A DNA stretch of 53,259 nucleotides from Candidatus Berkelbacteria bacterium (GTDB taxonomy: Bacteria; Patescibacteriota; UBA1384; DTJR01). Location of the stretch: contig JAPLVK010000021.1 in NCBI GenBank assembly GCA_026397175.1, positions 1 through 53,259 of the forward strand. The letters are read 5' to 3'. Shown here in pieces: positions 28,245 through 38,300 of the stretch; position 1 is the stretch's first letter; each line of letters begins with the position of its first letter. The position numbers and the translations under genes are program-made. The notes under the pieces are model-generated. The model was not told where the DNA came from, searched no databases, and saw only the letters and a program-made list of their open reading frames with translations.

Positions 28245-28262
28245 GGTTTTGGGTCGAAGTAG

Positions 28263-28790
28263 CTAGGCGGGGTTAGGCGGTTGGCTGACGGCCGTTCGGG
28301 CTTTTTCCCTCTCGGCTTGGCACTCGGCGATGATCTCGGTAAGGTTGATGGCTTCCTTGATTTGCGTCGGATAGCGAGGCGTCAGTAGCTCGCTTCCCGC
28401 GACCCCTTCTTCGGTCCAAATCGCTGTTTCGGCTGAAGTTGAGTAGAAATTGCCAGAACCGTATTCTCGAACATAGAACGCTATCCACAGTTCCGGCTCG
28501 TCGAGCGAGACCTCCACTTCCCTGATGCCAGATGATGCGACCAGTGGTCCGCCCAGAAATTCTTGCCAGCTTTTCGCGTCGACATAGAAGACGAACCGCG
28601 CGCCGTGGCTGCTGCAGAGAAAATTGTTGACTTTTCGGCTAAGCGCTGCCTGCATGTCGTTAACCCCGGGACATTGCGCGAGAAACCGCACGGTGCTGTG
28701 CCCCGAAGGAGTCCCAACTCCGCACTGCGCGCAATATCCTCCCCCATTTGCGTAAAATTCCCACGCATGGCCTTCTGTTGTTTTGCCCAT
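28263..28790 (-). CDS. Hypothetical protein with a possible Zn-binding motif
   Basis: CAQC...C...CSSH; AAGGAG upstream. Confidence 0.7.
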   Translation of the reverse strand: MGKTTEGHAWEFYANGGGYCAQCGVGTPSGHSTVRFLAQCPGVNDMQAALSRKVNNFLCSSHGARFVFYVDAKSWQEFLGGPLVASSGIREVEVSLDEPELWIAFYVREYGSGNFYSTSAETAIWTEEGVAGSELLTPRYPTQIKEAINLTEIIAECQAEREKARTAVSQPPNPA

Positions 28791-28846
28791 TTTGCTGTTT
28801 TCATCTCCTTGTAGTCAATCTGAAATGTTGCGGCGAGAGAAACGGG

Positions 28847-29131
28847 TTATCTGCTGCGGAGCAGTGCATCCTGACGGGCCTTCTCCTCGAGCTGCTCGAG
28901 GTTAGCAAGTTGAGCGCACAAGTAGATGCCCTGTGCTGGGTTGACGGGCTGGACTAAAGTGTCAGCGTCCATCTTTTTCTCGACGGAGCCGCCGAGTCGC
29001 GCTACGGTCACCTGATCATCGTCCTTCTCGGTGATTTTGTAGATCACGGCATTTCCGCTACCGTCAGGGGCGATACAAACGCACAACTTACCAACGGCAA
29101 TTGTCTTGAGTTTGACTTCGAGCTGTGCCAT
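28847..29131 (-). CDS. Hypothetical protein
   Basis: 94-aa ORF inside a three-gene minus-strand run. Confidence 0.7.
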   Translation of the reverse strand: MAQLEVKLKTIAVGKLCVCIAPDGSGNAVIYKITEKDDDQVTVARLGGSVEKKMDADTLVQPVNPAQGIYLCAQLANLEQLEEKARQDALLRSR

Positions 29132-29160
29132 GGTGCCTGCCTTTCAAGGTTCTTGTGTTG

Positions 29161-29790
29161 TTATGAATCGAGCGGTTCGGAGCGGGGCCACCAGTTTTCA
29201 TCACTGGCGGTTGCATAGACGACACAACTGTTGGTTTGCAGCTCTATATCGAGCTCTAAACCGATGTATGGTGAGTCCCAAGAACAGACTTCACCAAGGC
29301 AGAGCTCGGTTGTGTTAGGGTCGTACTGGTGCAAGTACCACACCGGCGCACCGATCAAAAGGGCTTCCGGCGGCCAGTAACCATCGTGCTCGCTCTGGTA
29401 CTGGAGTAGCAGATGCTTATCGAAGTTCGCCACGGCCTCGAGCGACGAAGGTAGTGTTTTGTATCTATCTACCATTTCCAAATATTCCATGATCGGAATC
29501 CCGGCATTGGCTATGGCCTCATCCAAAGCCGCGGCAACGCGTAGGGTCGTCTGATCTGTGCCCGGAGCGAGCCGCTTGATGGCTTCGAGCATGAGCGGCG
29601 ACATCAGATTCCACTGCTCCCATTGGGCGTATATGTGCGCTTGGAAGCAGAGTGCGACATCTTCACTGAAGGCATGCTTCAACCAGGCGAGAAAGATGTC
29701 CGGACTTCTGCCCAACACCTGTTCTGACCGCAGCTTGAATCGCTGCCACATTGCCCTCTTGACTTTGATCGCCGGACCGAACTTAAGCAT
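29161..29790 (-). CDS. Hypothetical protein
   Basis: GAGGAGG RBS; TTGCTT-17-TACAAT promoter candidate upstream. Confidence 0.7.
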   Translation of the reverse strand: MLKFGPAIKVKRAMWQRFKLRSEQVLGRSPDIFLAWLKHAFSEDVALCFQAHIYAQWEQWNLMSPLMLEAIKRLAPGTDQTTLRVAAALDEAIANAGIPIMEYLEMVDRYKTLPSSLEAVANFDKHLLLQYQSEHDGYWPPEALLIGAPVWYLHQYDPNTTELCLGEVCSWDSPYIGLELDIELQTNSCVVYATASDENWWPRSEPLDS

Positions 29791-29892
29791 GACTTTGCGC
29801 CTCCTCTTTTCTTTATGTCAAGGTTCTGTTCTTCGAAAAATCTCGAAGAAAAAATTGTATCAAACCTGATGTCTAAAAGCAACAGGAATGAC

Positions 29893-30034
29893 AAGTTCGT
29901 AAAGTTTATAAAGTAAAAAGTTCATAAAGTGAAATACCAAGCCCCATTTCCTCCTCACTTTACGAACTTTAAAAACTTTACCTGCCCGCAATGCTAAAGT
30001 ACAGCTTTTGCAGGTGGGTGAACTTTATAAACTT
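29893..30034. repeat. Inverted AAAGTTCRT/AAAGTTTAT array
   Basis: Forward units at 29893-29930 and reverse-complement units at 29957-30034. One-armed copies at 13390-13427, 30929-30966 and 35067-35137. Confidence 0.8.
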
Positions 30035-30077
30035 ATTGTCCTTTACAAATCTCTAAAATAAGGTTTATATTAAGGAT

Positions 30078-30938
30078 ATGAAAAAGAACCTGATTGTTGG
30101 AGCGAGTTTAGGGCTTTCCGGAATCGAAGCAGTTATCTGCGACGATCAGTTTAATGAACTAGAAAAACAATCAAAACCGTTCCCGGGCCGGCTCGGCAAA
30201 GAATCAATCGTGGCCAAATTCGCCAAAGTGATTACATCGCTGACTGATTTTCACATGTGCTACGCGGTTGGCGTGGCACTACCGGCGGTTTTTGATAATT
30301 CCGACAAAAAAATTGTTTCATGTTCGATTAAAGAATTGGAGGGTGCAAATTTTTATCAGCTACTATCCAAAAGAATTGACAAGCCGATTTATGTTTTAAG
30401 AAGAAATTATTGTTCGCTTTTGGCCGAGCAGGCCTTCGGCGCGGCCAAAAATGTCCAAAACGCGGTTTTGGTTGAAATTGGGCGAGACATCGCCGCTTCG
30501 TTTTTATTTTCTGGCAAAATTTATCGTGGCTCAAACAATGCCGCGGGGCAAATTGATAAAATAATTGTTGATATAACCAGAGAGAAAAGAAACAAGGCGG
30601 GGGAGTTTGGCGCGCTGGTTTCGGGCGAAGGATTAGAGGCCTTGACCGGAAAATCAATTTATCAAATTTTAAAAGAAAGCCCGCAAAGCGAACTTGTGAA
30701 TAAACAAATTTTGCGCGACTTAAAAGAGAGTTTGATTACGGGACTTTATAATGTGAAATTATTATTTGATCCGGAAATTTTTATTATCAATGGCGATATC
30801 TTAGAAAATTTTCATTTGTTTAAAGCGTCGTTTGCCGATTTGAAAGTACCGATTATCAAAAGCGAGTTAGGCAAAACCGCGCCGGCTTTAGGAGCGGCCG
30901 TGGCGGCGTATAATCAAAGCAGAAGGAAAAGTTCATAA
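30078..30938 (+). CDS. ROK-family protein (degenerate)
   Basis: VGVALPA, LAEQAFGAAK, IYRGSNNAAGQI, APALGAA; several canonical ROK residues are substituted. Confidence 0.8.
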   Translation: MKKNLIVGASLGLSGIEAVICDDQFNELEKQSKPFPGRLGKESIVAKFAKVITSLTDFHMCYAVGVALPAVFDNSDKKIVSCSIKELEGANFYQLLSKRIDKPIYVLRRNYCSLLAEQAFGAAKNVQNAVLVEIGRDIAASFLFSGKIYRGSNNAAGQIDKIIVDITREKRNKAGEFGALVSGEGLEALTGKSIYQILKESPQSELVNKQILRDLKESLITGLYNVKLLFDPEIFIINGDILENFHLFKASFADLKVPIIKSELGKTAPALGAAVAAYNQSRRKSS

Positions 30939-30982
30939 AGTAGAAAGTTCGTAAAGTTTATAAAGTAAAAAGACAGAGAAAA

Positions 30983-31543
30983 ATGATCGGATACATCAAA
31001 GGAAAAATTGTGCATCGGGGGCAAAATTACGCGATTGTGAGTTGCGGAGATGTTGGCTATAAAATTTATTTGGACGAAAAAGTGCGAGCAAAAAAAGAAG
31101 TGGAATTATTTATTTATCATCAAATTCGCGAGGATGCGAGTGATTTGTATGGATTTGAAAAAGCGGCCGATTTGGAAATTTTCGAAATGCTACTTTGCGT
31201 TTCTGGCGTTGGGCCAAAAGTGGCGATGCTTCTGGTCAATGGGCTAGGCCGCGACAAAATAATTTCAGCAATTTCAAAATCAGACACCACTATATTTCGA
31301 TCGGTCCCGGGCATTGGTGCAAAAGTTGCCGCTAAAATTATCGTCGAGTTAAAAAGCAAAATTTCGAAAGGGGATTTTGGCGACGCATTTTTGCAAGACG
31401 AAGACGAAACCATCGAAGCGCTGGTTTCCTTGGGTCTTAAAAAACAAGAAATTATGCCGTTCATGCGCGAAATTCCAGACAGCGTAATTTCGGTTCAAGA
31501 CAAAGTAAAATACATTTTAAAAAACGCCGGCAAGAGAAAATAA
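30983..31543 (+). CDS. ruvA: Holliday junction DNA-binding protein RuvA
   Basis: MIGYIKG, IRED..LYGF, VSGVGPK, VPGIGAKVA.KII.ELK. Confidence 0.97.
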   Translation: MIGYIKGKIVHRGQNYAIVSCGDVGYKIYLDEKVRAKKEVELFIYHQIREDASDLYGFEKAADLEIFEMLLCVSGVGPKVAMLLVNGLGRDKIISAISKSDTTIFRSVPGIGAKVAAKIIVELKSKISKGDFGDAFLQDEDETIEALVSLGLKKQEIMPFMREIPDSVISVQDKVKYILKNAGKRK

Positions 31544-31566
31544 AAATTTTGTACTAATCAATAATA

Positions 31567-33633
31567 ATGAAAAACATTAATGTTTCCGACTCAATTTTAA
31601 AAATTCCATTTGTTGGCCCAAAACAGGCCGAGGCCTTTGCGCGGCTCAACATTAAAACGGTCGAGGACTTATTATCAAACTTGCCCCGCGATATTGTTGA
31701 TTTAACAAAGACAATCGAAATTCAAAATTTGCGTCTCAAAATTAATGCTAAAGTTGCTATTTTGGCCAAAGTCAAAAGCACTTCAATTTTAAAAACGCCC
31801 AAAAGGCGAATGTGGATCGTTAATGCACTTTTGTCCGATAAGTCGGGATCGGTCGAGGCGATTTGGTTTAACCAGCCGTACATGCGAGAGACCCTGAAAC
31901 AGGGGAGTGAGTTCATTTTTTTCGGGACGGTTTCGTTTAATCAGACGGGTCGCAAAATAATTTTAAATAATCCGGAAATTTTTCCGAAATCCCAAATTTA
32001 TCCGATTTACGCGCAGACCGAAGGGCTGACCAGCAAGCAAATTTTGCGTGTCGTAAAATCGGCGCTAGAGACGGGATACAAAATCGAAGAATTTTTGGAC
32101 GATAACATTTTGCAAAAATACTCACTTTTAAACATGCAAGCGGCGACGAAAAGTTTGCACTTCCCCACCACGAAAGAAAATTTTCAAAAAGCCAAAGAAA
32201 GATTTATTTTTAATAATTTGCTTAATTTAATTTTGGCGAATTTATTTTTAAAAAACAAAAATAAAAACGAAAAATCATACAAAATTAAAGTTGACCAAAA
32301 GTTTGTCGAGAACTTTGTAAAATCACTCCCCTTCAAATTGACCAAAGATCAAAATAAAGTTGTTGCGGAGATTTTAAGCGACTTTCAAAAACCAAGTCCG
32401 ATGAATCGTCTTGTGCAAGGTGATGTCGGTTCGGGCAAAACCATTGTTGCTCTAATCGCCTCTTTGGTTGCAATTCAAAATAATTATCAAGTAGCGTGGA
32501 TGGCGCCGACCGAAATTTTGGCCAATCAACATTTTGAAACAATCAATAAATTTTTGAAATTGATTAAATCGAAAATTAAAGTCGGACTTATAACTTCGGC
32601 GACAAAGAAAAAATCCCAGCCAGATGGTCGGCCTCTGGCCGAGACCGCTGGTCTGCTAATCGGTACTCACGCTCTTATTCAAAAAGATGTCAAATTTAAA
32701 GCCCTGGCGCTTGTGATTGTGGACGAGCAACACCGTTTTGGCGTCAATCAGCGCGACGAACTTTTGCAATCAACCGCGGCTACGAACCAAAAAATAATTC
32801 CCCACTTTCTCTCTTTATCGGCCACTCCAATTCCCCGCTCGCTGGCCCATGTCATTTTTGGAAATTGCGATTTATCAATCATCGAAACCAAACCGATAGG
32901 CCGAAAACAGGTAAAGACCTATTTAATCCCCGAGCCAAAAAGAAATGATGCGTATAGATTTATTGACGAAAGAATCAAAGTGGGGGAACAGGCATTTATT
33001 ATTTGTCCGCTGATTGAAAATAATCAAGACGAACAAAATTTGATTCAAGAGAGTGTAAAAGCGGTTACGAAAGAAATTAATAATTTACAAAAAACAGCGC
33101 TGGCAAAAAGAAAAATATCAATGATTCACGGAAAGTTAAAATCAAAAGAAAAAGAAGAAATTATGGCTAAAATGCAAAATAAAAAAATTGATGTTTTGGT
33201 TTCGACCTCCGTGGTTGAGGTTGGCGTTGATGTTAAAGACGCCACGATTATGATGATCGAAGACGCCGAAAATTTTGGGCTTTCGCAGCTCCATCAATTT
33301 CGCGGACGAGTCGGCCGCAGCGATTTGCAATCGTATTGTTTTTTGTTTTGTAGAAATTTAGAAAATGAAAAAACCAAAGCGCGACTGAAAGCGTTTGTCC
33401 GGTCTTTTGATGGCTTCAAACTGGCCGAAATGGATTTAAAACAAAGAGGCCCGGGTGCGCTATTTTCTTTTGAACAATCCGGTTTTAAAGGAATCAATCC
33501 ATTTTGGTTTGAAAACTCAAAAGTTCTCGCGGCTTCTTCTCTGGCGGCCAATGAATTAATAGATGATTTGGACCACAATGATTTTTTAAAAACAAAAGTT
33601 CTAAAATTACTCGAAACGGACCATACGGAATAG
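31567..33633 (+). CDS. recG: ATP-dependent DNA helicase RecG
   Basis: QGDVGSGKT, MAPTEILA, DEQHRFG, SATPIPRS, QLHQFRGRVGR. Confidence 0.97.
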   Translation: MKNINVSDSILKIPFVGPKQAEAFARLNIKTVEDLLSNLPRDIVDLTKTIEIQNLRLKINAKVAILAKVKSTSILKTPKRRMWIVNALLSDKSGSVEAIWFNQPYMRETLKQGSEFIFFGTVSFNQTGRKIILNNPEIFPKSQIYPIYAQTEGLTSKQILRVVKSALETGYKIEEFLDDNILQKYSLLNMQAATKSLHFPTTKENFQKAKERFIFNNLLNLILANLFLKNKNKNEKSYKIKVDQKFVENFVKSLPFKLTKDQNKVVAEILSDFQKPSPMNRLVQGDVGSGKTIVALIASLVAIQNNYQVAWMAPTEILANQHFETINKFLKLIKSKIKVGLITSATKKKSQPDGRPLAETAGLLIGTHALIQKDVKFKALALVIVDEQHRFGVNQRDELLQSTAATNQKIIPHFLSLSATPIPRSLAHVIFGNCDLSIIETKPIGRKQVKTYLIPEPKRNDAYRFIDERIKVGEQAFIICPLIENNQDEQNLIQESVKAVTKEINNLQKTALAKRKISMIHGKLKSKEKEEIMAKMQNKKIDVLVSTSVVEVGVDVKDATIMMIEDAENFGLSQLHQFRGRVGRSDLQSYCFLFCRNLENEKTKARLKAFVRSFDGFKLAEMDLKQRGPGALFSFEQSGFKGINPFWFENSKVLAASSLAANELIDDLDHNDFLKTKVLKLLETDHTE

Positions 33634-33774
33634 AAAATAATTAAACGATTAGACAATTAAACAATTGCTCAATTGAATAATTAATAATTGTTTTTTGCGG
33701 GGATTGACATCAGATCTAATAACTGGTTTAATTATTTCTCATGCGGTTAAGCTTTAGCTCCCGTATGCAGTTAC

Positions 33775-34350
33775 TTGACTATCAGTCAAAAGGAAGTGAT
33801 AGAATTGGCAAATGACGCCGAAGTTCATCTGAAAGGTTGGTTGTCTATAGCCAACCGCATTCATCCATTTTGTACGGAATATCTCCGGAGGATACAGGAC
33901 TTTGTGGCCCACGGTTGTCCATCTTTGGACACTATCCCCGATCCGTACACCTTCCCGAGTGAAGATGAGCTTATAGCACGGCTTGGATGTCTTGGCACAG
34001 GTGTGGCTAATTATTTCCCATTTGTGGCCAAACAGTTTGGTGGAAAGACAATCGATGTGGTTGGGGGTTCAAAGGTTTTGGCTGGTATCCATGTGGATTA
34101 TGCCAAATCGAACGACCTTGATCCACTACTGGATGATGTGCTTGGACTGCTTACAATTCCGATTGTGCTTGTGGTCATTGATGATTCAAAATACCGTAAT
34201 GGTGTTTTGAAGCTGGTTTCGTCCTTCCAACGGCGTGGCTGTCAGATTGCGAATCAGGCCATCGAGGCAGTCGGTGCTATGGCCGATCATGGGGTCCGTC
34301 ATACTGCTAAGTATCAACGCCACCGCAAAAGAGACCCCGAAAAGAGATGA
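33775..34350 (+). CDS. Hypothetical protein
   Basis: 191-aa ORF downstream of a TTGACA-17-TTTAAT promoter candidate. Confidence 0.6.
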   Translation: MTISQKEVIELANDAEVHLKGWLSIANRIHPFCTEYLRRIQDFVAHGCPSLDTIPDPYTFPSEDELIARLGCLGTGVANYFPFVAKQFGGKTIDVVGGSKVLAGIHVDYAKSNDLDPLLDDVLGLLTIPIVLVVIDDSKYRNGVLKLVSSFQRRGCQIANQAIEAVGAMADHGVRHTAKYQRHRKRDPEKR

Positions 34351-34540
34351 TCACCAAACCATCCTTGACAGCTTTACTTTTCCCGCTATAATCTCTTTTA
34401 GTTTGCCGATAACCCAAGCCAACTTGAGACCTTACGGAGCTCGATGGCATGCTTGGGCGGCAAACTCTCTAGGGGCCTTGAAAGCAGTGCTTTCTCGGCC
34501 CCTCTTGCTTTTAAAAATGGTTATGTGCATAATTTAGATA

Positions 34541-35065
34541 ATGGACAAGAAGGATAAGAAAGACAAGAACTCGCAAAAATCGGAAGTGATTAAATATGTT
34601 TTGCTGTCTGTTGTCGCTGCCGCAATTTTAGTCGGCAGTTTTTTTCTTTTTTGGCAAATTCAAAAACAAAACAAGCCGGTAGCAGATCCTTACGCCACGG
34701 CGGATAAAATGCAATCCGAAGTCAGCTCTTTAAACAAAAAAATTGATGATTTAAACAAAGCGCTCGAGGACGCGAAAAAAGAAAATGTCGAAACAAATGT
34801 AACAACCTCAACTAAGTCGGGCAGTTCGGGCAGCGTGGCCGGCGCGTCAACAGATAGCTTAAATGAAACTTCGGGGCTTGTTAATATCAACAGCGCGTCA
34901 TTGACGCAGCTCGACACTCTCCCCGGCATCGGCGCGGCTTACTCGCAAAGAATTGTTGATTATCGCGACGCAAACGGTGGATTCAAATCGACCGAAGAGC
35001 TCAAGAACATCAAAGGAATCGGCGATAAGACATTCGACAAACTCAAGGATCTGGTGACGATATAG
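34541..35065 (+). CDS. comEA: ComEA-family DNA receptor
   Basis: TM anchor; VNINSAS..QLDTLPGIG...IVDYR..NGGF...IKGIG (HhH). Confidence 0.93.
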   Translation: MDKKDKKDKNSQKSEVIKYVLLSVVAAAILVGSFFLFWQIQKQNKPVADPYATADKMQSEVSSLNKKIDDLNKALEDAKKENVETNVTTSTKSGSSGSVAGASTDSLNETSGLVNINSASLTQLDTLPGIGAAYSQRIVDYRDANGGFKSTEELKNIKGIGDKTFDKLKDLVTI

Positions 35066-35370
35066 TAAGTTTATAAAGTTAAAAAGTTCATCCCACTTCA
35101 CTCAAAGAGCTACGAGGGACAGGCAAAGTTTATAAAGCAAAATTAGAGATTTATAAATCCAATTTTTCTTGATTTAGACCAGATAAACTGATATGACTCT
35201 AGACAAGGAGGCGTTTACGCCTCTGTTTTTATACTTAACTCTTCACGACCATTGATAAGATAGTGTCCTCTGTTTTTTACAATTAAATTTTGGTAAAATT
35301 TAGCTAATGAAAACAGAATAGAAACCCTTTTTCCGGTTTTCAGAATTTTTTGTGTTTATTAAGGAGGAAA

Positions 35371-38300
35371 TTGAGGGGAATTTTTAAAAAGTTTCGACGA
35401 ATGGGCTCTCGGTTGAGACTCTCGTCCGGTATTCATAGAACCGGAAAGAGGTTAACTGTGTCGTCTAGGGCAACAATTTTTTCATTATTGTCGGTTGTCC
35501 TAATTTTTGCATCTACCACGGCTCTTGTGTTTGTTTTTCAGCAGAAACCAGCCATGGCAACAACCAGCTGGGTGGTGAGCGGAGCGGGAAACAACGATTA
35601 TAACGGCACTTACACCGAGAGCGGGACTTACGGATCGAACAACAAAGCAGCATACACGAATGGGGCGAAATGGCTGTTTAACGATCGAGAAGATATGACG
35701 GGCCAAGATCTTTGGTGTCTCGATTCAAGCAAGTACAATGTTATGGAAACTGGCAAAGGTGATTGTGCTTATGCCTCGTACAGTACGGATCTGCCTGGCT
35801 CTTGGTTTAATGCTAACTCTTCAGAACCTGCTCCGACTGTCAGTGCACCTGCCTCCGGTATCACCATCTCCGGCACTTGTAAGCAATACGATGAAGCGAC
35901 TAATTGTGCCGATTCGGAGACGGTAAAAGTCGCGGTTAACGGCACACTTCAAGCCCAAACAGGAGCAACCTCAAGTGGTGCATGGAGTATCGCCGGTGTT
36001 ACCGCTTCAAGCTCTGGTGATGTCATTACTGTCTTTGTTGACGTCGCCGCCGATGCCAATGAAGCCAATGCTGTAACTAAATATGATGGAACTGGTGATA
36101 TTACTGATATCAATTTATTTGAACGCCACTTATCAATCGGCTCTGCCGATAATCAAACAATTACCAATGCTAATCTATCTCAATACGATAATTCCGTATC
36201 AAGCGACGAAGACATTTTCTTTGAAGTTGACGCCAATAACGATCTAACCATTCCAGCCACCAGCACCCAAACTGCTACTGATCAAATAATCATTATCAAA
36301 GCTTCTAATACTTACCAACCCGATTCATCTTCGTCAGGCAATGTTACAACACCAAACCTCGCTATCCCAACTTCCGCCACTTTAACCGCTGATGGTAATA
36401 CTATTACCTTAACTGCCAGCGGGACTCCGTTTGTTAAAACCGGAACATTTACAGCCGGAACCTCAACCTTCAAATATACAGGAGCTGGAAACACAACGGT
36501 TGCGGCTGCGACTTATAATAATTTAGAGACAAGCCCGTCGGGTTCAGCGTCGTTACCATCTTCAGTCAGCGTGACAGGTGCTGGAACCTCCGCTTATAAC
36601 GGTGTTTATGCTCCCAATGGCACTTACGGCGGTGTCACGGCTTATAACTATAGTAGCTATTGGATATATGCCCCGGGCTCTTATTGGTATATGAGTCAGA
36701 CTCTCGGTGGCACAGGTGGAGACGTTGCCTACTATAGCAACGCCAATTGTGAAAATCCTTGGACGCTGACTTGGAATGTGAATACCGGAGACAACCCAGC
36801 ACCAACTGTCGCAGAAACATCTTCTGCTTCGACTTACACCTTCGCTTCAGGCACAACAAATGTTAATGGCGCTTACACCAATGGTGATGGAACTCACGCA
36901 GTTAATACAACTGCCGATACTAACGATCCAACACTAAATATTGATGGTGCTTATACTAATTCTGCTTCTACTACCTTTGTTGCTTCTGCTTCAGCCGCCT
37001 TCTCAGTTGCTTCAGACTATACAAACAATGGTATTTTTACCGACTCTGCCGGCACCCTAACTCTCGATGGTCAAGGATTGCAAACTATTACTGCCAATGG
37101 CACCGATGCCAGTCATGATTTCAAAAATCTAACAATTACAAATGCTTCTGCCGCTGGTGTCTCTTTTGCCGATTCAGCAACCGTAACAGGAACCTTTACC
37201 GACACAACCGCATCAAGCAAAGTTACTTTTCATTCAACATCTACCTATGCTTTTAATGCCATATCAATAAACGGTCAAGCTATTGGAACACGAGTCACTC
37301 TGACTTCTTCAACTGGCGCTTCCGCATGGAATCTTAATGTTACCGAAGCGTCTCCGGTTGCTTCAAATGTTTCGGTTAAGGATTCTAATGCCAACAAAGA
37401 CATTAACGCAACTACCGGTGGTTACGATGCAACAGGAAATACTCATTGGTTGTTTCCTGCTACCGCCCCGACTGTTTCTTCTATTGATCCAACTTCCGGT
37501 TCGATTGCCGGCGGGACAAGTGTAACTATTACTGGAACAAATTTTGTAGCAGGTTATTCAGACGGAACTGGTGGAACAATTACTCATGATGGGCTTTACA
37601 CGGTTCACACATTTACTACAAGTGGTACTTTCATCGCGCCTGCCAATATTAGTGCTGAAGTTCTGGTAGTCGCCGGCGGCGGCGGTGGTGGTGGTTCAAG
37701 GGGCGCAGGCGGCGGTGCAGGTGGCTTAATCTACAATGCTTCTTATGCTATTACAGCGGGTAATAAAACTGTAACTGTTGGTAATGGCGGCGATGGCGGT
37801 GCAGACAGCGGAGCGCACGGAGGTAGTGGAGAAAATTCTGTATTTAATGACCAAACTGCTATCGGTGGTGGTTATGGCGCTGGCGCTGCTTCTACTTCAG
37901 GGGATAACGGAGGATCTGGCGGCGGTGCGGTTGCCGGTGGAAGTATAGGAACAGGGAGTCAAGGTTCGGATGGTGGAACGGGTGCCGGACCAAGTCATTA
38001 TGGCGGCGGTGGCGGAGGAGGTTCCGGTGGAGTTGGTGCTGATGGTTCTTCGTCCGGATCTGCCGAAGCGGCTGGAGGTATAGGAATAGCAAAAACAATT
38101 TCTGGCTCTTCTGTAACTTATGCCGCCGGCGGCGCTGGAGGACATAATGACATCAGAGACCAAGTAGGAGCTACTGGTGGAGCAAATACTGGAAATGGTG
38201 GCGGTGGCGGACAAAATTTAACAGTGGCGGGTGCCGGCGGTGCCGGCGGTTCGGGAATTATCATTGTGAGATATCTGACACCAAGCCCAAATAATGTTAC

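Noticed and set aside
29764-29790. Shared N-terminus MLK(M/F)GPA(L/I)(R/K) with the DGR target
   Set aside because: Only nine residues, with no similarity beyond them; could be chance.
33775-34350. Phosphoribosyltransferase
   Set aside because: VLVVIDD resembles the PRPP loop, but the following TTGG-type residues are absent.
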